Of a DNA stretch of 64,000 nucleotides, positions 46,431 to 58,774 are shown one piece after another. The stretch is from the NCBI GenBank assembly GCA_965240325.2, contig OZ251223.1, positions 2,046,001 to 2,110,000 of the forward strand, given 5' to 3'. This DNA is from Rebecca billardiae RCC1528. Its lineage: Eukaryota; Protista; Haptophyta. The translations under genes and the position numbers were made by a program. The notes under the pieces were generated by a model. It was not told where the DNA came from and did not search any database. It worked only from the letters and a program-made list of their open reading frames with translations. Each line of letters begins with the position of its first letter. Positions within the stretch are counted from its first letter, which is position 1.

Positions 46431-48735
46431 TGTTTTGGGTCGCACAGTGAACAGATGGACCTCAAAATGTCTACTTTAGAAGCCCCCCTCGAGCGGCCAC
46501 AAAGGGCAAGATGGCGGATTCCGGCGGCCCGCCGCCATCCCTCAGTGCCCGCCCATCAGGTGTCCATGACCGACGTCACACTCGATCTCGAGAGAGCAGA
46601 CCAAGACGGTGAGGCGGGTGACACGACCCATTGCATCCCCGAACTCGGTCGAGAAGACGAAGCGGCGCTACAACGCGCGTGGCAGCAAGCTGCGGACGGT
46701 GCCCGCGGTGTGCGGCTGTCATGCCACCTCGCGCGCGCACATGCGCGGCGTCCCGAGAACCTTCGGTCGATGTCTCGCGAAACGGGCCAAATGGGAGGGA
46801 GACACATGCGCGCACCCTCCCTTGAATTTGCAACCGGCATTGACCGGCCAATCTCGCGCGATGTCCCCTGCTGCGCAACCTCTCCGGCGCGCTCGCGCAG
46901 AGGTGAGATGGTGCAGTCGCCGCAACTCAAGCTGAAGCACCAGCAGGAGGCGCCGAAGGCCGCGGCGGGTGACAGAACACTGCCAGAGCAGTACCAGGTG
47001 CGATACGAGGCCGCGCCGTTCGCTCGGCAGTGCAGCTCTCTCTTCTCTTTCGTTGCGCGCCGGATCAATCTGAGGGCGGGCGCGTGGTGAGCAGCGCAGC
47101 TCGACACTGGCCAGTGCTCGCAGAGCACCAGATCCCGAGGATGGACAGCGGCGTGGCGGCGAAGCTGATGGCAGCGACCAGCGCCCCACCGGGCTACATC
47201 GTACCGCCGGGGTGAGCGTCGGGAGTGATGCGCTCTCTGATGTGGGCGATCGCGAGCGCGCATTCTGATGTGCGCTCGTGGATGCAGCTCGAGGCGGGGA
47301 GGGCCATCAGCTGGTGTGACCCTCAGCCGTGCCCTGCTGCGACAGGGGCGGGAGCTGATGGAGGATCCTGTCGCCGACGCAGTAAGCGCGCCGTTGAGCA
47401 CCTCGGCCTGCAGGAGTCCGTGCTTCGTTCGGCATCATGGCGAGCAGCGCGCGGAATCTGGGCGCGACGAGCAGCGTGATCGGATGCGCGCGTCCGGACG
47501 AGCCGATCATGTCTTTGACTTTCAGCCCTCCGCGGGCTCCCGTGCGCGCTTCGGGCAGGAGCCCTCAGAGTCATCAGTCGTCTGATGCCCTGCATGACGC
47601 TGCCATACTACTACGACACACGTACGCGTGAGTCACTGTGAGTCATATCGATGCGATCGTCGCACAGCAGTGGCGCTGCACGGCCGCGGAGCCCCGGGCT
47701 GACGATCAGTCAGTGTGTCTGACCGAGCCGTCGGCAGACGCAGAGTGGACACGACGAGGTCGTAGTGCGCGCCGCGCGCGGCCAGGTACCGCCAGGGCCA
47801 GGGCCACGCCGGTGACGGCGGGCAGCAGAGGATGCAGCACGCGCGTGACGCCAACGTGCCGTGCGAGGGCTACGCCAACGCTGCTCAGGCACCGCAGCAG
47901 CCGCAGCTCACGCGTGAGGACTTCTGCCGACTGTGGTTGGCGGCGGTGCGCGAACTTGTCGGCGGCGGCCGACGACCGCCGCGGAGGTGAAGGTGATGGT
48001 GCTTGCTGCGCTCAACGCCAGGTGCGCGTATGCGCGCGAGCTCAAGCGGTGGACGAGCACGGTCGCGTGCTACCCGCACGTGGTCGTCACCATCGCCCCT
48101 CGCGCCATCGTGCGACTCGGCAGCGCGCTGCACCACGCGAGCACACAAGCGTCGGAGCACGACGGCAAGATCATCGGCAACACGTTCCGCGACCGCACGT
48201 GCCGGGCGGGCGGGCTGAGCTCGAACAGACGCGGCACGAGCATGCCGCGAGCTGGCCGCGTCGAGCAGGCCGCCAAGCAGGTGATCGTGGGCAAGATCAT
48301 GAAGAAGCGCACCAACACCGTCGACAAGAACGGCCGGCTGCGACTGCTTGCAGCAAAGACGGTGCAGCCGGGCGCATCCAGTGGCAGCGGGCCTGCGAGC
48401 GAGGTGCGTCTGCGCGAGATCGTCCATGCGCGTCGCACCGCATCTCCACCTCCGCCATCTGACGCCTGCGCACCGCATGCGCGCGCGGCCGCCCGGTCGC
48501 GCGACGCACTGGCGATTGAGATGACATTCGCGCGTGTCGCGGGCAGTAACAGACGAGGAGACGAGGTGGCAGGGGCTGGTGAGCGGTGTCTGAAGCATGT
48601 ATTGGGTGGTTGCGCACCTGCCAGTGCCCGTCCGCGCCGGCTCAGGGTTCTTACTAGGCCGCCGGCCCGCGTCGCGCCGGCGGCACCCTAAAGTGGACAT
48701 TTGGCCGCCATTCTGTTCACCGTGCGAAAACAGCT
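46431..48735. mobile_element. Decayed element bounded by imperfect ~50-bp inverted repeats
   Basis: tgtttt...tcgcacagtgaacagatgg...aaatgtctactttag versus ctaaagtggacatttgg...attctgttcaccgtgcgaaaaca. The interior has broken ORFs with no recognised domain. Confidence 0.5.
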
Positions 48736-48742
48736 ATGAGGC

Positions 48743-48970
48743 CAGATTCTTTTGAATAGTGCTTGTTCAAATACGTTACCCGCCTGTCTCGAAGGATGAA
48801 CCGCCTCGTCATATCAAAAGAGATTCTTTTCAATAGCGCTTGTCCAACCAAGTTACCCGCCTGCCTCGATGGATGAACCTCATGTGTCATAATGAAGGGA
48901 TTGTTTTGAATGGCGCTTGTTAAACCAAGTTACCCGTCTGTCTCGATGGATGAACCTCCTGTGCCATATG
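48743..48970. repeat. 3 x ~78-bp imperfect tandem repeat
   Basis: (a)gattctttt(g/c)aatagcgcttgt...agttacccgcctgtctcgatggatgaacc repeated three times. Confidence 0.85.
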
Positions 48971-50934
48971 GGGGTAATGAAAGAAAAACTTCGGGTTACC
49001 CGCCCGCCAGCGTCTCGCGACGAGGACGGAGGAGGACGTGCCCAGCGGCAACCGCGCACATAATATCATCGCCGTCGGCGGGCCCATCTTCGGCCGGCTC
49101 GAGCTGATGCACATCACGACGCTCAAGCAGGCGCTGTCCGTACCGACGTTGGCGCGCCTCCAGCGGATGGTCGACAAAGCACACGTGGGCGAAGGAGGAC
49201 CACAATCATGGCCGAGTCACTCGGAGACGGCGTCGCTGACCTCGCGGCTTCAAACCGAACCGCTCAGCCGGTTGCCCGACCGCGGCCGAGCGGTGCGCGC
49301 TCGCCACCGCGGCCGGCGCTGTGCACGGACGTGCTGAGCCCGGGCCGCGTGAGCTCGCCCACCTCGCCCGGCGCGCACGCCGACGCCGCCACCGCGGCTC
49401 GGCGGCCGGACTAGTCTCGGCCCGCGGCGCGGTGCGTCCCCCCGGCCGGCGCGCGCTGCCGTCGCCGCCGCGCAGGGCGTGCACTCGGTGGATGAGGAGA
49501 CGGCCCTGCTGCGCGCGGAGCGCTGCGCGCCACGCGCTGCTCCTGCTGCGGCGCGCAGCAGTCCGCTCGTCCGCCCCGTGGGCTCGCCACGGAGCCGACG
49601 AGCGCGATGACGACCGATCGAATGAGCACGTGCGCGTGGATGGAGGCGCTGGGCGCCGAGCTGGCGAAGCGCGGCGCCGAGCTCGACGCGCTGCACGACG
49701 CGGCGACGGACGCGCTGGGCGCGCGCGGCGCCCTCGTCGCGACGCCCCGCGCAGCAGCTCGAGCAGCCAGCTGTGGAGTAGACGGCCGTCGACTCGAGGG
49801 CGCCACCGCGCCGGGTGAGTGAGCACACACGGGCTCCGCGCCTCGGTCGGAGGCTGGCTGGCCGCCGCCGTGGCTTCGAGGCCGACGCGGCGGAGGAGGC
49901 GGCGGGCGAGCACGGTGGCGCGGTAGAGCAGGCGCACACGCGCGGCGGCAGGCGCGACCCGCCGCTCGCCTCGTTCCACCCCGAGCTCCGCTCGGTCTCG
50001 CCGTCTCGGTGCGCGGCTGCGCAGCGCCGCGTGAGTGAGCGCACGGGCTGGGGGTGGGGCCAGCAGTGGTGCGCGCTCTCGCTCTGCCGGCACGAGGCGC
50101 GCCGGCTGAGCGACCAGCGGCCCGTCGTCGAGCGCATGGCGCAGCGCGAGCACCTCAAGGCAGGTGCGCCCGCACGCCCGCACGCGCCGGCCCGCGCCGC
50201 GCGGCGCCGCCTCTCGGAGTTCTCGCTCGCCCAGTGCGCGCGCCGGCGCCGCCCCCGGCCGGGCCGCTTCTTCGCGCGGCCCGACAGTCCTCATCGGCCC
50301 GCCATGTTGACCAGACTGAGACAGCAGCCGACGGAGGGTGCACCGCGGGCCCCTAACTACGTTGGTTCTACGGAAGGACCGCGGAACGCGGTCCTTATCA
50401 TATAGAGAGAGAGAGAGAATGAGTCGTATATAGCTGTCACATCAGCATACCGGACGCACGTCGATACGGGTCGGCGGTGTTGACTCGCGAAGACGACGAC
50501 TGCTTCGACAGTTTCACGATCCGGCGATGGCGACAGTGGCTCGCTCAGCGGCGGGCGCGCCGCGGGCCGCGCGCCGCGGCACCTGGCTGGGGCTGAGCAG
50601 CCTGTCGGCGCGTCGGGTGACTTCCGCCCCGTCAGTATACGTCACTATTCGGGTCGCGCGGTGCCTGCTGGCGGCATCCTCCTCGCGGCCGACGGCTTGC
50701 AGCTCGGGCGCTGCGCTGATCAGTACGCCCTCGCTTACGTTGAGCGACATTGAGCACGCCGGCCGGGCCCCAACGCAAGCGCTTCATCGATGCCGAGCCC
50801 GAGTGCCTTACTACTCGGGCGGCTGAAGCCGCTTCAACGGCTGAGTACTCGATTCCTAAGGCGAAGGCGGAGCCCTACGAAATATAGTGCGACGTGGTAG
50901 TTACGCAAGAAGGCGGCTGCCATGCGGTGTTTTT

Positions 50935-51243
50935 GGGGCGCGCGGCTGCGTGCTCGGCCGACGACAACGAGCCCTCTGACGCGCTGGCATCATCTACATA
51001 GGCAGTGAGTGTGTGGCAACAGCCACGCCGGCGGGGATGCGCTGGAAGATGGCTCAAGCCTTCCGCGCCAACTTTGAGCTTGCCAAGCAGTAGTCGGCAC
51101 GCCAGGCCGCCAAGCTCGCGCGCCTGCGTGAGCAGCACGAGGCCGAACTTGTTGACGTGCGCTAGGCTGAAGGCGGTGAGGTTCACGACGGCGGCTGAGC
51201 TCGCCGATCAGCTCGGTATCCTTCGTCCTGTGACCGCCGTAGA
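50935..51243 (+). pseudogene. Degenerate fragment of the pogo transposase C-terminal region
   Basis: Aligns by eye with 37065-37350 (gctcggccgacgac..gagccctctg; gccaggccgccaagctcg; gaaggcggtgaggttc) but carries stops and indels. Confidence 0.75.
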
Positions 51244-51594
51244 CGGGTAGAGATCGCCGCGCCAAACCCGGGCAACATGCGGCGCGATGGCCAGAAAGAC
51301 TCGCGATGGCCAGAAAGACTCGTGGGAGGGCGACATACACTCCATACCACCCGCCCAGCCGCGCGCGCCGCCTCCGCGCGCGCGTACACGGCCGCAGGAG
51401 CTCGCGCCGTGCACGCCCCACTCGCCCCCCAGGGCGGGCGCCCACGAGAGTCAGTCGCTGGAGCGAGGCCGCGCAGCAGCGAAGCGGGAGCCAACCTCTG
51501 CCGCTGCCGCCACTGGGAGTTCACGATGCCCCTGCACCGCCGCCGCCGCCGCCCCGCCGGGAGCAGTGGGACCGGCGCCACGGCCCTGGCTTCA

Positions 51595-53933
51595 TCCGGT
51601 TGCCACATTAAGCCTTGACCACCTGCCACATTAATAAGGGCCCCGCGACCGGCTGCCACATTATTTATAAAGGCGACCGGCTGCCACATTAAGGATCCGC
51701 GCCAACGCGCGCACGGCCGCCGACCACGCCACGCACGGAGCGATGCGCCGATGGTCTTCGGCTCGGTCGCAAACGTCCTGAACCGCGCTGGCCTGTTCAG
51801 TCGCCCTTTGCTCGACGCAGTAGTGCACTAGCCGGTGGAGGCAGTGGCGCCGGGCGTCGGGAAGCACTTCGAGTTCCTCGGTGAGGCTGGCGAGCCCGCG
51901 CCCGACAAGAAGTAGCGCGGCGGCGCGTGCGCGCCGTGCTCGCGGTGAAGTACGTGCTGCTCGCGAAGGGAAAGCAGTTCAAGCAGGGACACCTCGAGCA
52001 CTCGGCAGATGATCTGGCCTTGCTCGCCGCTGACGGCCAGCGTGCGAAGCGCGCTGCTGGCATACACGGCGTTGAGCAGGCCACCGTGCGAGAGTGCTCC
52101 GTCAGACCCGTGGCCAAGGCCCTTGTCGATGCGTTGAAGGGCGCGCGCAAGAGTGCGTGATGGAGGTCAGTTCCAGGCAGGCTTCATGTTGGCTGCAGCG
52201 CTGCGTCTGCGCAGCATGCCCCCGCACGCGCGTCTGCACGCGCACGCCTGCGCTCAGCTGCAACTTGCGCTCGAGCTCAGCCTTGAGCGCGCTCAGCGTG
52301 CCCTTCAGCAGCTCGAGCGGTTCCTCCTTGCGCCACGCGTCCGCGTGCGCCGCGAGTAGTTGCTTGTTCAGCGGCTGCACCTGCACCGCCGCGCGCTCGA
52401 CGCTCGCCTCGACCACCTCCGCGCGCACGCGCTCGCCCACGCGCTCCAGGGACTGCTGAGTCAGCTCGTGTGCACAGTGGAGCGCAGGAGCGACACCTCC
52501 GCGCCATCCACCGCGCTTATCGCCTGGCTGGGCGCTATGGAGGGCTACACGCGCGCCGGGGGTGCGAGCCCGACGACGCATTCGCAGTTCACCTCGCTGT
52601 ACGACGAACGCTACCTCGAGCGCACGAGCGCATGCGTCTGCAGCGGGAGCACCGACGGCCGCTCTGGCGGGCTCGCCGCCGACTTTCCCCAGTAGTAACC
52701 AGCATACCAAAGTCGTCTTCGGTAGCGCGCGAGGCTCGCTACAATACGGTGATGCTACACCACATGGGTTGCGTCACGCGCAGCACCACATGGGCGGCCG
52801 GCAGCGGCATACCATCGGCTGAGCTGTTCCTGAGTCACTGTTCCTCTGCAGAGGAACGTGCACGCGCGCGTCGACGAGCACTTGCGCGCTCCGCGGCCTT
52901 CGGCACCTTGACATCATTGCGCGTGCGTATGACAGGCGCGGATGGTTGCGCACTTGCGTGTCCGTCGGCGGCGCGCACGATCCGCGAGCACCGTCCGCCG
53001 GGGCCTTGCCATTGTATTGTCGACCTTGGACGGCGCACGGCGCACCGCGGCGCGCTCGCGGCCTTCGGTCAGGTCGCCCTCGCTGGACATGTGCTGGCCT
53101 CTGTTGCTCCGCTGCTCATCGGACCGGGTGCCAATCAGTGGCCCGCAATTGACGACCCGTGCGACTGCCCCGCATGCTCGCACACGGGATGACTCAGCCT
53201 GGAGCCACCCCGGTCGAGATTTTGGGATGTCAAAGCAGTGGCCGAGCATGCGCTCAAGCGCTCTCGTCCTCATGCAGCGTGACCTCTACCGTTCTACCGT
53301 CTGAGCGTCTGCCGTCACAGGAGTCGGACAAGTCCCCAAAGCTGGGTGCAACCAGTCCCTCGGGAGTAGCCGCCAGGCCTCCCGCCACCACCGCAGCCGC
53401 GCCGCCCAGGGTTGTGAGTCCTGGGAGTACCCGGGGTGGTCAGGCTGGCGCGCACGCTCGCGGAACCTTGGAACCCGCGCTCCCGCGCTGCGTCGCGTGT
53501 CACCCGTCGATCGTCGCCCCACCGCCACCTCTTCCCTCCTACCACCACCTCTTCCTCGACATCCTCGGCCTTCGCCGCAGCACCGACGCCCCCGCGCGCG
53601 GCCGCTGTGGCAGCGGGCGATCAGCGTGCGCTGCGCCGCCGCGCCGCCGCGCCGCCCAGAGTTGTGCAGCGCGGCCTGTGAGTCCTGCGAGCTGCCCTGT
53701 GTGGTCAGGCTGGTACGCACGCTCGCTAACGCTTCGAACACGCGCTGCATAGCGTGTCGCCCCTCGATCGCCGCCCCACCGCCGCGTTTTCCTCCACGCA
53801 CGGCGGCCGTCGCCGCGGCACCCCCGCGCGCGGGCAGCGCGCCTTAATGTGGTGGCGGGATCCTTAATGTGGCAGTGGTCAACCGGCTGCCACATTAAGG
53901 CTTAATGTGGTGGCGGGATTCGGCTTAATGTGG
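51595..53933. mobile_element. Decayed DNA transposon with GCCACATTAA subterminal repeat clusters
   Basis: Four GCCACATTA copies at 51600-51692 and mostly inverted TTAATGTGG copies at 53843-53933. The right end is hit by a LINE. Confidence 0.6.
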
Positions 53934-56900
53934 TTTTTTTTAATTCCCCTTTATAACGGGCTCCGGGTGATCAGGCTGGCGGCCGAAGCCTCCAGCCCTA
54001 CCCTGGCCAGCCCCCAACCAACCACCACCCTCACCCAACCTCAAACCACTGACCGAGACACCTAGTGTCTTGACACCACTCCACTGTGAACAGCCCGCCT
54101 CCAGAGGGGGCGGGGGTATGCCATTGCCAACAGCATACGAGCCCAACACTGTGGGGTGGTCCCAGGTACAAGCAGTGTACGGCCTTGCAATTCAAGATCA
54201 TCGAGTTTGAGCCGAGTCGGCAGCAGGGGCACCCCCTAGGGTGCCCCAGTGTGGGCAGAGGGCCAGCCACTAGCCGATCCCTGCGCGGGGAAGGGAGCTG
54301 AGGGGACTGTCATCGAGCCCAGTAGCTGGGCAGGGGTCTGGGCCACTGGCCCTGGCAGCGAGGCGCCTGTATTTCACTCGTGCAGCTATGGAGGCAGAGG
54401 GTGTCATGTCAGACATGTGTGCTACATCGGGCATCAAGTCCGGGCGTGGGCCGCTGTAGGAAGCAAGCAAAGTGGTGGCGATGGCTAATACGCCTGGGGA
54501 GGTGTCGTTCGCTCGCCTCTTCCTGCTGCGCTGTGCAGGGGGTAGCGTGCTCCGCTGCGGCACATTTGCCTGGCGGGGTGGGCAGTGTCGTTTGGGCGGG
54601 GGGCTGTCCTGCTGCGCTTGACTAGGAGGAGGCAGCCCGCGCCTGGGGGCTGCCGGTGGCCTGGCAGAGCCAGCAGGCGGCTGTGCGGCCTGCTGTCCAG
54701 TGTCTGACTGTGTAAGGTCGCTATGAGCTCCGTTACCAGTGTGACTGCCAGCAGCCGGGTCTGCCTCCATCTCAGGGCCCCCATGTGTCAACATATTGTC
54801 CGGCGGACCCACATTGCTGCGAGCCAGCGGGGTGGCATATTGGAGCGGCCATGCCACAAGAGGTGTGGCAGGCTGCAGAGGCCACGCAATCACCATGGGG
54901 AGGGGGCGAGCACGCTGAAGGGGCCACGCCTGCGAGAGTGACTGGGGGCGCACGTGGTGACCGCGCGCTATGGGCTGGTGCAGGTTGGCCTGCCCCGCGC
55001 CTGCCTGCCAGCCCTGGCCAGCCTGGGCAGGGGGTTGCTGCTGGATGACAGGTGGTCCTTGCAACTGATTATTCATGGCAATCGCCCCTCCTGGGCCTGC
55101 CTGTGCCTGTGGGGGTGGGGGCTGCCCCCCTGGGCCGTGCCTAGGCGGCGGCCGAAGCTCCCTGGCATGTCTAAGGAGACGTCCTGCCTTCGACAGCTGG
55201 GAGTCCACGTCCTTGCGGGCCTGCATGATGCCTAGCCCTGCCTTCAGTAAGGCCACGTGCATGGTCCTGCCGAGATGCACGTTGCCCCCCACAGTGGTCT
55301 TCAGTGTGCTGGGCACCCTGCCCATGAGAGCAGCCCCAGAGCACACGTGACGTGCCAAGTTCCATGCTGCAGCCTGTTCCTGCATGAATGGCTCAATTAC
55401 ATGCGATACGCTTCTGGCAGCAGCCATTCGGTAGGCATCGACCTCAGGGCACTCAGAGAAGAGGTGGTGCTCAGTATCTGGCGCTGGATGTAGCAGTGGA
55501 GCATGATCGCAGAGGGGGCAGGCATCGCTAAATGCCGCCCCCGACTGGAATCGCACAGAGAGCAACGTCGGGTCTCGCAAGGCAGCAGGCTGCAGGAACT
55601 CATATCCGTGGTGGAGTATGTAGTAGGCAGGCACAGTGTTGGCCTGCCAGGTCCGTAGTACGCCAGTGGAGGCCTCTGGCCACACGCCGGTCCATTCACC
55701 CACCACGTCACAGCTGGACTTGGTGACTTGCAGGTGGGTTGCCCTTTGCGATAGCACACTGTCATACACAAGGGGCTTGATTCGGCCTGCCACTGGCTCT
55801 CCATCGGCCAGCTGTACCATTGCATGGGAACCCGCATTTGGGTGGCCACCTCTCTTGTGAGTCACACAGGGGGTTGCGGGGTCAGAGCAGCAGAGCTTGG
55901 CCCCCGCATCGCTGCATGCGTTGAGCAGGGTTTTGGGGTTCATCCCTGCTTGGCGCAAAGCCGCCACACTGTGTTGGCTGACAGTGCAGTGCTGGTCCCC
56001 CAGGTTGTGTGTGAGGCTGAGGTGTCGCGCAGCAGCATCGTCACCAGAGTGCGCCTTGACATGCTCGAATGAAGTGGTGCTGCCATGCCGCAAGCGGCGC
56101 CAGCCCACCAGGCTCATGACCCTGGCGATGTATGGGGCGTACGCGTGGTGCCCCTGCCGAAGCCGTCGGTCCCAGGGGTCGTTTTGCCACATTTCGGCGG
56201 CCTTTACCATTTCCTGCAGGTCAGTGCACACCAGCAGGTTGGCTGTGGGGTCTATCTGCACCAATGCATCTGTGATGGCCATGAATTCGGCTGGGCCTGG
56301 TGCCTGGTGCCCCGCGAACTTGGAGCAATACACATGCACAGGGGCAGTGTAATTGTTGCCGTTGAAGAAGGAAAAGGCACACGCGGCCTGCCCGTTCTCT
56401 GCATCGAATGAGCCGTCCGTGGCCACCATTAGCATGCCAGGCACAGGAAGTGCAGGCAGATGGCGGGGATTGGGTGGGTCACAGACAGTACGCTTGGCGG
56501 CAGGCACGTGCCCCAGGTACCTGTAGTAGCTCTGGTCGGTCAGGACTGCCCTCAGCATATCCCTCACTGCCAGTATCACCGCCGGGCGGGACCTATGTGG
56601 CAGTGAGGACAGCTCCGCATAGAACGCAGTGGAGACCATCTGTCTTGGTGGCTGTTGCATGAGCACACCTAGCAACACGTGCTGGGTACCGTCCACCAGT
56701 GAGTGCTCGATCCGGCTGAGCATCTCTCCGTTCGCGTCAGGAAGGCCGTGTGGTGCCAAGCAGGGGAGGGCAGCTGCCCCTGGCATTGCGGCGAGTCTTG
56801 TATATGCCCTGTGGGTCCGGTTTGTGGCCAGCATCCCGAGCCCGGGGGCCAGCTGCTGCATCAGCTTGCTGCCGAGATTCACTTCGGATGGGAGCAGTGC

Positions 56901-57560
56901 CCACCCCATGCGTCGTACAGAATTTCTCCTGGTGACGATGGTGGAGGCAAATGTAGAGGCGCCGCGTACGCGCGCCCGTGCTGGGTGCTCTACTGATTGC
57001 AGGGCACCCATGGCTGCCATGGACGTGCGCGCACATAGCCCACGTGGGTCATCTGCCAGGAAGTGGTAGTACGCGTGTGCCTGGACACTCTCCAGGTGCG
57101 CATGTAGATTGATGAGGCCTAGGCCCAGGAACTGGGGAGGAAAGCACGCTGCTTCGTATGCGATGCGCCCTGGCAGGGCAGCACTCCTGACCACTGGCTC
57201 CACCATGAGGCTTTGCAGCTGGTTGAGTCTGCCCCTGGACATGCCAACCACCTCGTAGAAGTAGAATAATATCGACGTGACATCCCACACAGTGAGCAGC
57301 TTTTTGGTCTCGGTGCAGCAGTCAGCTGCCTGCACCCGCGCGGCGGCTTTGGCCACTCTGGCCTTGAGACTGGCGAACATCCTGTCAGTTGCCAGATGAA
57401 TGTTGGTCACCACCCCTGCATACGTGAAGTATTCGCCATCCTGCAACGTGTCTATGAGAGCAGCTTGTCCAGTTGCCCTGTTGATGACCTGTATTGGGTC
57501 CACCTGTGCGTGCCCAGGGGGCACATACACTGCCACCTTGGATTTGGGGTAGCCCGGTTA
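53934..57560 (-). mobile_element. 5'-truncated non-LTR retrotransposon (RNase H-containing LINE)
   Basis: A-tail at 53934-41, ~330-bp 3' UTR, and an ORF covering the RT thumb, RNase H and CCHC finger. Composition differs from the host genes. Confidence 0.9.
54270..57536 (-). pseudogene. Truncated LINE ORF2 (RT C-terminus, RNase H, zinc finger)
   Basis: YFTYAGV and LGLGL (post-RT motifs); ATDGS, AEFMAI, VCTD, HVKAHSG, NACSDAGAK (RNase H); CPLCD...DTEHHLFSECP. The RT core and endonuclease are missing. Confidence 0.88.
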
Positions 57561-57575
57561 CCGTCCACGGCCCTT

Positions 57576-58662
57576 GGCGTATTAGCCATCGCCACCACTT
57601 TGCTTGCTTCCTACAGCGGCCCACGCCCGGACTTGATGCCCGATGTAGCACACATGTCTGACATGACCCCCTCTGCCTCCATACAGGCAATCGCGGGCAA
57701 TAAGGAGCTGTCACGTTAAGAAACTGGGGCTTGCTATCTGCGGATCTGGCCTAGAAACTGAGACTAGCGATTGGCTGGTTCGCTATACGCATAGGCACAC
57801 TAAGAAACCGGGACTACGTCGTCCCGGCTGACGACTACGAGTCGGGTCCGCCGAGGGCCTGGCCGAGGGCGAGGCGCAGTCGGCCAGTCGGCGACGCGGC
57901 GCGCGGCCCGACTACGAGTACAGGCCAAGTCCCGACTTCTCCTGATGACTGACTCCTGGCCAGTGCACCGCAGCATCCATGCAACATCATGCCAGATTTG
58001 CTCCAAAAAGGCCCAAAAATTTCTTCGGCCTCGCCGGCCGGGCCTAAAGACTCAGCGGGTGGCTCTGCCCCCCTGCGCCCCCCGCGCCTGCGCGGCGGGC
58101 GGACCTAGCGCTAAGAAACTGAGACTCCGTAGGCGCTCGGGCTACCGAACGGCTAAGAAACCGAGGCTAGCCGCGAGATCTCTGACTTCTTATTGCCCGC
58201 GATTGCCTGTAGCTGCACGAGTGAAATACAGGCGCCTCGCTGCCAGGGCCAGTGGCCCAGACCCCTGCCCAGCTACTGGGCTCGATGACAGTCCCCTCAG
58301 CTCCCTTCCCCGCGCAGGGATCGGCTAGTGGCTGGCCCTCTGCCCACACTGGGGCACCCTAGGGGGTGCCCCTGCTGCCGACTCGGCTCAAACTCGATGA
58401 TCTTGAATTGCAAGGCCGTACACTGCTTGTACCTGGGACCACCCCACAGTGTTGGGCTCGTATGCTGTTGGCAATGGCATACCCCCGCCCCCTCTGGAGG
58501 CGGGCTGTCCACAGTGGAGTGGTGTCAAGACACTAGGTGTCTCGGTCAGTGGTTTGAGGTTGGGTGAGGGTGGTGGTTGGTTGGGGGCTGGCCAGGGTAG
58601 GGCTGGAGGCTTCGGCCGCCAGCCTGATCACCCGGAGCCCGTTATAAAGGGGAATTTAAAAA
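57576..58662 (+). mobile_element. Second LINE 3' fragment in opposite orientation, interrupted by a MITE
   Basis: 57576-57683 plus 58210-58656 is the reverse complement of 53941-54494. It ends ggggaatttaaaaa. Confidence 0.9.
57684..58209. mobile_element. Tc1/mariner-type MITE
   Basis: 21-bp perfect TIR CAGGCAATCGCGGGCAATAAG and TA TSD. The empty site is visible in the other LINE copy (gcagcTAtggag). Five internal AGAAACYGRGRCT motifs. Confidence 0.95.
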
Positions 58663-58774
58663 CAAGGGCCTGCAGTTTGCCGACGAGATGGCAGAGCGTG
58701 CGGTCAAGGGCGGTTGGTGCGGTTATCATAGTCGTTGGTGATGAATACTTACAACCCTGATCACTATCATACTG

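Noticed and set aside
46392-48691. Fanzor/TnpB or transposase in the decayed ORFs
   Set aside because: No RuvC, zinc-ribbon or DDE motifs recognisable by eye.
53934-58662. DIRS or Penelope element with terminal inverted repeats
   Set aside because: The repeats are A-tailed 3' ends also present solo at 44157. The ORF has the LINE-type RNase H + CCHC order, with no YR or GIY-YIG.
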